Below are positions 29,291 through 37,459 of a stretch of DNA of 64,000 nt, piece by piece. Positions within the stretch are counted from its first letter, which is position 1, and every line of letters begins with the position of its first letter. The position numbers and the translations under genes were made by a program. Source of the stretch: Spirochaetia bacterium (GTDB taxonomy: Bacteria; Spirochaetota; Spirochaetia; CADAEX01); the NCBI GenBank assembly GCA_963662265.2, contig CAXXHA010000024.1:1-64000 (forward strand), read 5' to 3'. The notes below the pieces were generated by a model. That model did not search any database. It saw nothing but the letters and a program-made list of their open reading frames with translations, and was not told the origin of the DNA.

Positions 29291-29346
29291 TTGACAAGTG
29301 GAAAATCTGTGTTATCATTTTTACAGCTGCTCATAATGTGAGGAGC
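29291..29346 (+). promoter_or_regulatory. Sigma70-type promoter plus operator 3 (GCTGCTCA-taatg-TGAGGAGC, 29326-29346)
   Basis: TTGACA 29291-29296 and extended -10 TGnTATCAT; operator has 14/16 matches, the same N5 spacer and a similar position just after -10. Confidence 0.75.
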
Positions 29347-29390
29347 AGTTAAGATGTGTTATAACACAGACAAAATGTATGGAGGTTTAA

Positions 29391-30434
29391 ATGAAAAGTC
29401 TTAGAAAAGGTATTGTTATTTTTATGATACTTGCGGGTGTCTCTTCTCTTTTTGCCGGGGGAAATAAAGAAGCTGCAGTTTCATCCGGAGAAGAAACACT
29501 AAAACCGGCAACTTATACCTGGACAGCTGGAAGTATGGGCGGTGGCTGGTATACACAGGCTGGCGGAATGGCTGCATTATTAAAAGAAAATGCACCTGAA
29601 ATTACATTAAAGGTTATTCCTGGTGGTGGAGTTTCAAATCCGCCGTTGGTTCATACTGGTCAGAACGAAATTGGCTGGGGTGTCGGCTGGGTTGATAAAG
29701 CAGCTTACAGTGGTATTGCACCGCTTTTCGACAGAAAAGTTGACAATATCAGAGGTCTTGCAGGTAATTTTTCTGTTGATTTTTATCATATTGTTGCTGC
29801 AAAAGATACTGGTATTAGCACACTTGATGAATTTGTGGAAAAAGTTAAAAACGGGGAAAAAGTGAATGTTGCAGCTCCCAGAGCGGGAACTTCTGACAGG
29901 GCTCTGACTTCTCTTCTTTTTGATCATCTTGGTATATCTTATGAAAAAATGGAAGCAAACGGCGGAAGAATTATCTATGCTACATATGGCGACATGGTAA
30001 ACCTTTATAAAGACAGGCATGTAGACTATGCAATTGCAACTCTTGGACTTCCTGGAGCCGCAGTAACAGAAATGGCTATTTCCCGGGAAACAACTATTCT
30101 TGAAGCTTCAGATGATCTTGTTAAATATTCAAATGAAACTTACGGAACAGTAGCACTTGAATCTGGTTTAAGCGTTATTCCCGGTGGAACATATCCTGGA
30201 ATTGATGAAGACAAACAGGCGCTTGCGCATACTACTGAAATTGTTGTAAATGCTGATTTACCTGAAATCGTTGTTTATACATTTGTTAAGACATTGATGG
30301 AAAATCTTGAAAAAGTTCAGGACTTGAATCCTAGCTTTAAAAAATACTTTTCAAAAGAAAGTGCGCCAAACACTATGGTTCCTCTTCACCCAGGTGCAGA
30401 GAAGTACTATCGTGAAATCGGTGTTATAAAATAA
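29391..30434 (+). CDS. TAXI-family TRAP transporter solute-binding protein
   Basis: Spirochaete-type signal (SLFAGGNKE), AGSMGGGWY, PGGGVSN, IPGGTYPG and VPLHPGAEKYYREIG. Confidence 0.9.
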   Translation: MKSLRKGIVIFMILAGVSSLFAGGNKEAAVSSGEETLKPATYTWTAGSMGGGWYTQAGGMAALLKENAPEITLKVIPGGGVSNPPLVHTGQNEIGWGVGWVDKAAYSGIAPLFDRKVDNIRGLAGNFSVDFYHIVAAKDTGISTLDEFVEKVKNGEKVNVAAPRAGTSDRALTSLLFDHLGISYEKMEANGGRIIYATYGDMVNLYKDRHVDYAIATLGLPGAAVTEMAISRETTILEASDDLVKYSNETYGTVALESGLSVIPGGTYPGIDEDKQALAHTTEIVVNADLPEIVVYTFVKTLMENLEKVQDLNPSFKKYFSKESAPNTMVPLHPGAEKYYREIGVIK

Positions 30435-30444
30435 AAAATTATAA

Positions 30445-30471
30445 GGGTATGTAATACTGTATTACATACCC
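30445..30471 (+). other. Intercistronic stem-loop between TAXI SBP and permease
   Basis: Perfect 12-bp stem GGGTATGTAATA-ctg-TATTACATACCC; typical position for an element that raises SBP mRNA over permease mRNA (inference). Confidence 0.65.
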
Positions 30472-30496
30472 GAATTTTATTATTGGAGTTTATTAT

Positions 30497-32401
30497 ATGC
30501 GTGAATTGAAAGGATATTTGTCCAAAATTGTCGCAATCTGTTTGGGGGGAGTTGCTCTTTTTCATTTTTACACTGCAGTTTTTGGGGTATTTACTCCCAG
30601 GGTTCAGCGTGGTGTACATTTGATGATACTTTTACCAATGGCATTTTTACTTTTTCCTGCAACAAAGAAATCTCCTAAAGACAGACCAACTGTACTTGAT
30701 TGTATTTTAGCTGTCCTTTCGGTGATTCCGCCTCTTTTTGTAATGTATGCTGATGGCCGGCTGAATCTCAGGTTTGAACTTTTTGATCCGGTATTACCAA
30801 TAGAGGTAGTTTTAGGGCTTTTAAATATATTGCTTATTCTTGAAGCTGTGAGAAGGGTCGTAGTCCCTGCAATGGCTATTCTTATGGCTGCGTTTTTTGC
30901 TTATATTTATGTAGCACCGTTTCTTCCAGGTATTTTTTATGTGAAACCGATGCCTCTGGCCCGGATTGTTGAGATTAATTATCTTTTTACAAGTGAAGGT
31001 ATTTACGGATCTATCGTAGGGGTAACAGCAACTTTTGTTGCAATATTTGTTATTTTCGGTGCTTTCCTGCAGAACACAAATACAGGTGAATATTTTACAA
31101 ATCTGGCCTGTAAGCTTGCAGGAAAAGGCCCCGGCGGACCGGCAAAAATTGCGGTTATTTCAAGCGGTTTGTTTGGATCAATAAGCGGTGTAGCAGCTGC
31201 TAATGTATATGCAACAGGAATTTTTACAATTCCTCTCATGAAAAAACTGGGTTACAAGCCGAAATTTGCAGGTGCTGTCGAAGCTGCTGCCTCAACAGGT
31301 GGTCTTATAATGCCTCCTATAATGGGTGCGGGTGCTTTTGTAATGTCGGAAATTACCGGAGTACCATATTATAAGATCATCATTGCTGCACTTCTTGGAG
31401 CTGTTTTTTATTATGTAAGTCTGATTGTAAGGGTTCATTTATATGCACAGAGATATGACCTTGATAGTGTAACTGACGAAGAGCAGATCACCTGGAAGGC
31501 GATTCTCAAGGATTCATATCAGCTTATCCCGCTTGTGCTTCTGGTTATATTTCTGGTTAAGGGATTTTCTCCGTTCATGGCTGCAGTAGGTGCAATTGCT
31601 GCTACTTTTGCATTAAGTTTTGTAAAAAAAGAAACCATGATGACCCCGAAAAAACTCTGGGACACTTTTGTTCTTTCCGGACAGAATCTTATCATGCTTG
31701 GTGTAACATGTGCCGGTGCAGGTATGATAATAAGTATTGTAACATTTACAGGTCTTGCATTGGGTGTTGCTACAGTCATAACATCATGGTCAGGAGGATT
31801 TCTGCTTCCTGCTCTAATGCTGGTTACATTTACTTCAATGCTGATGGGAATGGGAATGCCGTGTACTCCTGCATATATAATTGCAGTTACAATAGGCGGT
31901 CCTGCAATGCTTGCAATGGGAGTTGATGTACTTCCAGCACATCTCTTTGTGTTTTATTATGCTATTCTTGCAGAAATTACACCACCTGTATGTATTGCAT
32001 CTTATTGCGGTGCAAACATAGCTCAATCAAAACCCATGGAAACCGGATTTGAATCTCTTAAACTGGCCCTTGTCGGATTTATAATACCTTATATATTCAT
32101 ATATAACCCTGCTATGCTTCTCCAGGGTACTTTTATGGAGATTGCTTCATTGTGTTTTATAATGATTTACATAATCGGTTTTATAGCAGCCGGACTTCAG
32201 GGATTTTATATCAGAAAACTGAATTTACTTTTCAGAACAGGTTCAATAGTAATAGCTGGTCTTTTAGTTTTACTTGTTTGTTCAAGTGTTATGGGTAATA
32301 AAACAATTCAAGTGGCAGTTTCAGTATTTGGTTTGCTGCATTTGATTTTTAATGTGTACAAAAAAACCAGAACAAAAGTTTCCAGCGCAATTGCTGGTTA
32401 A
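30497..32401 (+). CDS. TAXI-TRAP fused permease (4TM/12TM, DctQM-like)
   Basis: GGPAKIAVISS, ANVYATGIFTIPLMK, EAAASTGG.IMPPIMGAGAF, GMGMPCTPAY and ITPPV. Confidence 0.92.
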   Translation: MRELKGYLSKIVAICLGGVALFHFYTAVFGVFTPRVQRGVHLMILLPMAFLLFPATKKSPKDRPTVLDCILAVLSVIPPLFVMYADGRLNLRFELFDPVLPIEVVLGLLNILLILEAVRRVVVPAMAILMAAFFAYIYVAPFLPGIFYVKPMPLARIVEINYLFTSEGIYGSIVGVTATFVAIFVIFGAFLQNTNTGEYFTNLACKLAGKGPGGPAKIAVISSGLFGSISGVAAANVYATGIFTIPLMKKLGYKPKFAGAVEAAASTGGLIMPPIMGAGAFVMSEITGVPYYKIIIAALLGAVFYYVSLIVRVHLYAQRYDLDSVTDEEQITWKAILKDSYQLIPLVLLVIFLVKGFSPFMAAVGAIAATFALSFVKKETMMTPKKLWDTFVLSGQNLIMLGVTCAGAGMIISIVTFTGLALGVATVITSWSGGFLLPALMLVTFTSMLMGMGMPCTPAYIIAVTIGGPAMLAMGVDVLPAHLFVFYYAILAEITPPVCIASYCGANIAQSKPMETGFESLKLALVGFIIPYIFIYNPAMLLQGTFMEIASLCFIMIYIIGFIAAGLQGFYIRKLNLLFRTGSIVIAGLLVLLVCSSVMGNKTIQVAVSVFGLLHLIFNVYKKTRTKVSSAIAG

Positions 32402-32543
32402 TATAAATACTGATTATTTCTCTTTGTTTTTTAATTATTGCAGGGAGAATTTTTTTAAAATAGAATCTCTTGAAATAATGATAAAAAAGTCACCTCTTTT
32501 ACAGATTATTTCAAGGGATTATTTATATACATATGGGGGGTAT

Positions 32544-33089
32544 ATGGCAAAAGTCATTCTATTAAGTGGAAGTCCTAATGAAAACGGAAATACAGTACAT
32601 ATCTTCAGAGAAATGGCAAGGAAAATTGAAAATAATGGAGTTGATGCTGAGGTGATATCTCTTGCAGGAATGAACATCAAAGATGTTATGAATGTTAAGG
32701 GCGGATGTGATGACGGATTTGATAAAGTGATAGAAAAAATTATACCAGCAGAAGGGTTGATTGTTGGAGGACCGGTTTACTGGGGTACGGTACGTGCTGA
32801 ATTGATGACTGCTTTGCATAGAATTGCTATGGCTTCCATGAAGAATGGAAACTTTCTATCTCGCAAAATTGGTGGACCGGTTGCAGTTGCCAGGAGGGGA
32901 GGGCTTACTTCTTCAATTCAGGAAATGATGATGTTTTTTCTCTATAATGATATGATTGTTCCCGGTTCTACATACTGGAATATTGTATTTGGCAAGGCTC
33001 CCGGTTCTGCTTTAGAGGATGAAGAAGGTATGAAAACAGTTAACCATTTTGCAGAAAATGTTGCCTGGTTAATCAATAAATTAAAATAA
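32544..33089 (+). CDS. Flavodoxin-fold NAD(P)H-dependent FMN reductase / Isf-like flavoprotein
   Basis: LSGSPNENGNT, GPVYWG, VAVARRGG and PGSTYWN...DEEG. Start at ATG 32544 behind GGGGG; the ORF-track 5' extension is implausible. Confidence 0.8.
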   Translation: MAKVILLSGSPNENGNTVHIFREMARKIENNGVDAEVISLAGMNIKDVMNVKGGCDDGFDKVIEKIIPAEGLIVGGPVYWGTVRAELMTALHRIAMASMKNGNFLSRKIGGPVAVARRGGLTSSIQEMMMFFLYNDMIVPGSTYWNIVFGKAPGSALEDEEGMKTVNHFAENVAWLINKLK

Positions 33090-33196
33090 CAGATATGAAA
33101 ATGTTGATTTGATCAATTTAAAAATAAATTCTGATTCAGTCAGATAGAAATATAAAATTACAGCAATATGCTTTTCATAATAAGTGTGGTTTTTAA

Positions 33197-33245
33197 AAAA
33201 TAAAAAGCAGTATAGGGTTTTCACCTTATACTGCTTTTTTTATTG
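33197..33245. terminator. Bidirectional intrinsic terminator
   Basis: AAAAAGCAGTATAGGG-tttt-CACCTTATACTGCTTTTT with A/T tracts on both sides, between convergent genes. Confidence 0.8.
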
Positions 33246-33250
33246 AATAA

Positions 33251-34246
33251 TTATTTTTTGTTGATTGTTGCAAGTGAAATATTAACAATATCGTTAATGT
33301 TGCAGCCTCTTGAAAGGTCAGAAACAGGTTTAGCAAAACCCTGAAAAATCGGACCGTAAGCATCGAAACCGCCGAATCTCTGTACAAGTTTGTAACCGAT
33401 GTTACCTGCATTGAGGTTGGGGAAGATAAGAGTGTTTGCAAATCCTGCAACTTTGGAACCCGGAGCTTTTCTCTGTCCAACTTCTTCGATAATAGCAGCA
33501 TCAAGCTGAAGTTCGCCGTCAATCTCGAGTTCAGGTTTTGTTTTCTTAACAATTTCAAGAGCCTTTGTTACTCTGTCAACTGTTTCATGACTTGCTGAGC
33601 CTTTTGTTGAAAAAGACATCATTGCGATTTTAGGTTCTGTGAGGAGAAAATCTTTGCAGCTTTCTGCAGCAGCCATTGCAATATCTGCAAGCTGTTCAGC
33701 TGTAGGATCAATAATAAAACCACAGTCAGCCATGATAAGACTTCCGTTGTGTCCCCAGTCTGAACCCGGCTTATCCATTACGAAGCATGAAGATGCATTT
33801 TTAACGCCGGGGGCTGTCTTGATAACTTTAAGAGCTGCAGAAGCAACAGCACCAGTTGAGTTTTCAGCGCCAGCAACCATTGCATCTGAATCGCCCATTC
33901 GTACCATCATTGCGCCCCAGTGAAGAACATCCTGGATCTGCTCTCGTGCCTGATCTTCTGTCATTCCTTTAGCTTTTCTGAGTTCATAGTATTCTGCTGC
34001 ATAAGCATCGAGTTTTTCTGATTTTGCAGGATCGTAAATAGGAGTCCTATCGTTGAGGGTAATTCCTTCTGCTTTAGCGTTTGCCATGATTGTATCAGTA
34101 TCACCGACAAGAGCTACTTCAGCTACAAGATCTTCATCAATAAGGATTTTAGCTGCATTCAGTACACGGGAATCCTTTCCTTCAGGGAGAACCAGTCTTT
34201 TCTTGTTAGCTCTCGCTTCTTTCTTCATCCGTTCGATAAATCCCAT
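33251..34246 (-). CDS. pta: Phosphate acetyltransferase
   Basis: LVLPEG.D.RV, SFSTKGSA, DGELQLDAA, FPNLNAGNIGYK and DLSRG. Confidence 0.95.
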   Translation of the reverse strand: MGFIERMKKEARANKKRLVLPEGKDSRVLNAAKILIDEDLVAEVALVGDTDTIMANAKAEGITLNDRTPIYDPAKSEKLDAYAAEYYELRKAKGMTEDQAREQIQDVLHWGAMMVRMGDSDAMVAGAENSTGAVASAALKVIKTAPGVKNASSCFVMDKPGSDWGHNGSLIMADCGFIIDPTAEQLADIAMAAAESCKDFLLTEPKIAMMSFSTKGSASHETVDRVTKALEIVKKTKPELEIDGELQLDAAIIEEVGQRKAPGSKVAGFANTLIFPNLNAGNIGYKLVQRFGGFDAYGPIFQGFAKPVSDLSRGCNINDIVNISLATINKK

Positions 34247-34503
34247 ATTATCTCCTTTTCTGTTATTTTCAATTTTGATTGTTTTATGGTTGTGATATTT
34301 AACCAGATAATTTTATACAGAAATAAATCAAAAATGCAATATTTACAGATATTACAAATAAATATTTATGAAAAAAAATGATCCATTTCCGCTTTTTAGT
34401 GAAAATCCGACATGCTCCGGGCAGACGGAGAGGTGAGATTTTCATTTTTAGTATACAGCTTTTTAAAAATATCTAAACTGCCTGCCATATTAGTAAACCT
34501 TCT

Positions 34504-34532
34504 TGACAGTTGGGGTCAGGTTAAGTACGATA
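34504..34532 (+). promoter_or_regulatory. Sigma70-type promoter upstream of bactofilin-TPR-mtaB
   Basis: TTGACA-17 bp-TACGAT. Confidence 0.6.
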
Positions 34533-34680
34533 CAGTTAAGATATTGACAGGCCAATATTAACTGTATCTTGTCCTGATACCGGGACTGGATTTACTGTTT
34601 TATTGCCTGAAATTATATCAGGTCCCCTTAGAAACAGGAGAAATATAAATACCTGTTTTATTATGTATCAGGAGAATAAT

Positions 34681-35037
34681 ATGTCGGAAATTAATATTAA
34701 AAATGTTGATGAATCTGAAATAGATACAATTTTATCAGAAGATATAGATTTTACAGGCGAACTCACATTTAATAAACCTTTGATGATAAAGGGTAAATTT
34801 ACAGGTGAGATAAAAGCATCAAGCGATCTTTATGTCGGCAAGAATGCTGTGGTTACTGCACAGGTTGAAGCTGAACTGGTTTCTGTGAAAGGAACAGTTG
34901 AAGGTAATATAAAATCTCATAAAAATGTTGAACTTTTTTCTACATCGGTAATTGAAGGGGATATTGCAAGCCCGTCAATAATCATGGAAAACGGATGTAA
35001 ATTTAACGGCATCTGTACAATGGAAAAAAAAGGATAA
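34681..35037 (+). CDS. Bactofilin (polymer-forming cytoskeletal protein)
   Basis: TILSEDIDFTGEL...IKGKFTGEI...GTVEGNI...IEGDI...MENGCKFNG beta-helix pattern; start at ATG 34681 behind AGGAG. Confidence 0.9.
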   Translation: MSEINIKNVDESEIDTILSEDIDFTGELTFNKPLMIKGKFTGEIKASSDLYVGKNAVVTAQVEAELVSVKGTVEGNIKSHKNVELFSTSVIEGDIASPSIIMENGCKFNGICTMEKKG

Positions 35038-35049
35038 AATGGTAAAAGA

Positions 35050-35673
35050 ATGATGATTAATAAAAAAATATTTTTATTATTATTTTTAATACCTGCATTT
35101 GCCTATTCTCAGGAAAGACCAGATGCTCTTCAGATGTACCGTAACGGCAATTACAAGGAAGCTGAAGAAGTCTGCAGGGCAGAAATTAAAGAAATGCCGA
35201 AGAATATGGATTCATACACAGTTCTGGGCTGGAGCCTTATTAAGCAGAAAAAATATTCTGAAGCGCTTGAAGCTGGTCAGGCTGCTCTTAAAATATCCCG
35301 GTATGACAGCCGTATAATTGAAATATGCGGAGAGGCAAACTATTTTCTCGGAAATAATATTGATGCACTTAATTATTTTGAAGAATATGCAAAACTTGTT
35401 CCGGACGGCGGAAGAATTGATGTAGTTTATTATTATATGGGTGAAATATTTCTGAGGCTTGGTGAATATCATCATTCAGATATAGCATTTTCAACAGCTC
35501 TTTATTATTCTCCCAATATTGCCAGGTGGTGGGCAAGACTTGGATATTCCAGGGAGATGAAGGAAGATTATAAATGGGCTCTTAATTCATATGAAAAATC
35601 ACTTAAGCTTAATCCTTCCTATACTGAAGCACTCAGAGGAAAAAACCGGGTACTTAAGAAAATATCCGGTTAA
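35050..35673 (+). CDS. Exported TPR protein
   Basis: Signal peptide and successive TPR-like helical pairs. Confidence 0.75.
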   Translation: MMINKKIFLLLFLIPAFAYSQERPDALQMYRNGNYKEAEEVCRAEIKEMPKNMDSYTVLGWSLIKQKKYSEALEAGQAALKISRYDSRIIEICGEANYFLGNNIDALNYFEEYAKLVPDGGRIDVVYYYMGEIFLRLGEYHHSDIAFSTALYYSPNIARWWARLGYSREMKEDYKWALNSYEKSLKLNPSYTEALRGKNRVLKKISG

Positions 35674-35676
35674 TCT

Positions 35677-37035
35677 ATGTCGGAAAAAAAATTGAAAGCA
35701 GCATTTTATACTCTAGGTTGTAAGCTTAATCAGTTTGAAAGTGAAGCAATTGCAGACAGGCTGAAGAGCAAGGGGGTACAGATTGTCCCTTTTAATGAAC
35801 AATCAGATATTTTTATCATAAATACATGTACAGTCACATCCAAAAGCGAGCAGAAGGCACGTAGAGTAATCAGGAAAACTGCAAGGGAGAATCCCGGTTC
35901 CCTGATAATTGTTACAGGTTGTTATGTTCAGCTGAATCAGGATGATATCAAATCTATTTCTGAAAATCTTGTAACAATAAGACAGGAAGACAAGGAAGCA
36001 ATACTTGCCCTTGCTGACAGGTATCTTGAAAAAGATCCTGATATTGAAAAATACAGGGAATCTCTGCTTGATCATGATGATGAAGAGTTTACCGGTAAAT
36101 TTTATTTTGTTAATTCTGATTACTCCTTTCACTCCAGGGCTTTTCTTAAAATACAGGATGGATGTAATAATTTCTGTCACTACTGCAGGGTCCCTCTTGC
36201 CAGGGGGCGTTCAGTAAGCCTTGAACACGATAAAGTCATAGAAAATATTATTCAGATTGAAAAAGAGGGGTATAATGAGGCTGTCCTTACAGGAGTAAAT
36301 GTCACAGCATACAGGTCAGAAGGCTATGATTTTCCTGGTCTCGTCAGCCTTATTCTTGAAAAAACAGAAAAGATAAAAATACGCTTATCCTCTCTGGAGC
36401 CGGATATGATTGATGACAGGTACAGGTCTATAGTCTGTAATAAAAGAATCTGTAATCATTTCCATATACCAGTACAGTCAGGGTCTGATAATATACTCAA
36501 GGCTATGGGAAGAAAGTATAAATCCGATAAAATTACTGAAGCAGTCGAAATTCTAAGGTCATCAGGTAGAGATCCGTTTATTTCTGCAGATATAATAACA
36601 GGTTTTCCCGGTGAAACAGATCCGGATTTCGATGATTCATACAATATTCTTAAAAACAATTCTTTTGCTTCCATGCATGTATTCCCGTTTTCAAGAAGAC
36701 CCGGTACAAAGGCTTATCATATGAAAAAGCTTGTGCCTGAACGGATTTCCGGTGAAAGAGCAGAAAAACTTAGAAAATTGTCCGATTCTCTTTATAATGA
36801 GTATGCAGAAAGATGGACAGGTAGGGAAACTGAGGTGATAATTGAGGGCTCTGAAAAGATCGGAGACAGGCTTTTTTTGAAAGGATTAAGTGATAATTAT
36901 CTCAAGGTTATTTTCCCGTATGATAGTTCAGAAAATGAAAAATGTGACGGTAGAATGGCGCTTGTAAGGCTTGGAAAAGAAGGTGAAATCAAAGAAGGTT
37001 TTTTTGCTTCTGAGCTTGTAAATCTTTATATGTAA
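35677..37035 (+). CDS. mtaB: tRNA t6A37 methylthiotransferase MtaB
   Basis: TLGCKLNQFES, INTCTVT, KIQDGCNNFCHYC, GFPGET and HVFPFSRRPGT. Confidence 0.92.
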   Translation: MSEKKLKAAFYTLGCKLNQFESEAIADRLKSKGVQIVPFNEQSDIFIINTCTVTSKSEQKARRVIRKTARENPGSLIIVTGCYVQLNQDDIKSISENLVTIRQEDKEAILALADRYLEKDPDIEKYRESLLDHDDEEFTGKFYFVNSDYSFHSRAFLKIQDGCNNFCHYCRVPLARGRSVSLEHDKVIENIIQIEKEGYNEAVLTGVNVTAYRSEGYDFPGLVSLILEKTEKIKIRLSSLEPDMIDDRYRSIVCNKRICNHFHIPVQSGSDNILKAMGRKYKSDKITEAVEILRSSGRDPFISADIITGFPGETDPDFDDSYNILKNNSFASMHVFPFSRRPGTKAYHMKKLVPERISGERAEKLRKLSDSLYNEYAERWTGRETEVIIEGSEKIGDRLFLKGLSDNYLKVIFPYDSSENEKCDGRMALVRLGKEGEIKEGFFASELVNLYM

Positions 37036-37074
37036 AGGAAATATTAAAAAGTTTAAAATATTTGAAAAAATATA

Positions 37075-37103
37075 TTGACAGTTTTTTGCAATACTGGTAC
37101 ATT
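37075..37103 (+). promoter_or_regulatory. tRNA operon promoter
   Basis: TTGACA-17 bp-TACATT, preceded by an A-rich UP-like tract. Confidence 0.7.
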
Positions 37104-37122
37104 ACCAACGTCGATAAGGCAT

Positions 37123-37195
37123 GGGCCGCTAGCTCAGCTGGTAGAGCAACGCCCTTTTAAGGCGTGGGTCACTGGTTCGAACCCAGTGCGGCTCA
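37123..37195 (+). tRNA. tRNA-Lys(TTT)
   Basis: Acceptor GGGCCGC/GCGGCTC, anticodon arm ACGCC-CTTTTAA-GGCGT and GGTTCGAA T-arm; CCA not encoded. Confidence 0.95.
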
Positions 37196-37220
37196 ACTGA
37201 TACAGTAAAATGTATCGCAA

Positions 37221-37292
<72 letters not shown>

Positions 37293-37295
37293 TTT

Positions 37296-37327
37296 AAGCT
37301 CGAAGAAATTCTTCGGGCTTTTTTTTT
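37296..37327 (+). terminator. Intrinsic terminator of the tRNA operon
   Basis: AAGCTCGAAG-aaatt-CTTCGGGCTT followed by a T run. Confidence 0.85.
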
Positions 37328-37459
37328 GCCTTAACAGCAGGCATATATCAGCCTGGCAGGGTTGCCTGCAAAAGGAAAAGTCATTTATAATATTTGTGAA
37401 CTCTAATGTTAATTATTATTTTGAGATTACATAGAAGCACGTTTTATCAGGAGTAGAAT

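Noticed and set aside
32352-32543. 64-aa N-terminal extension of the flavoprotein
   Set aside because: Overlaps the permease end and AT-rich intergenic DNA; the fold begins at MAKVILLSGSP.
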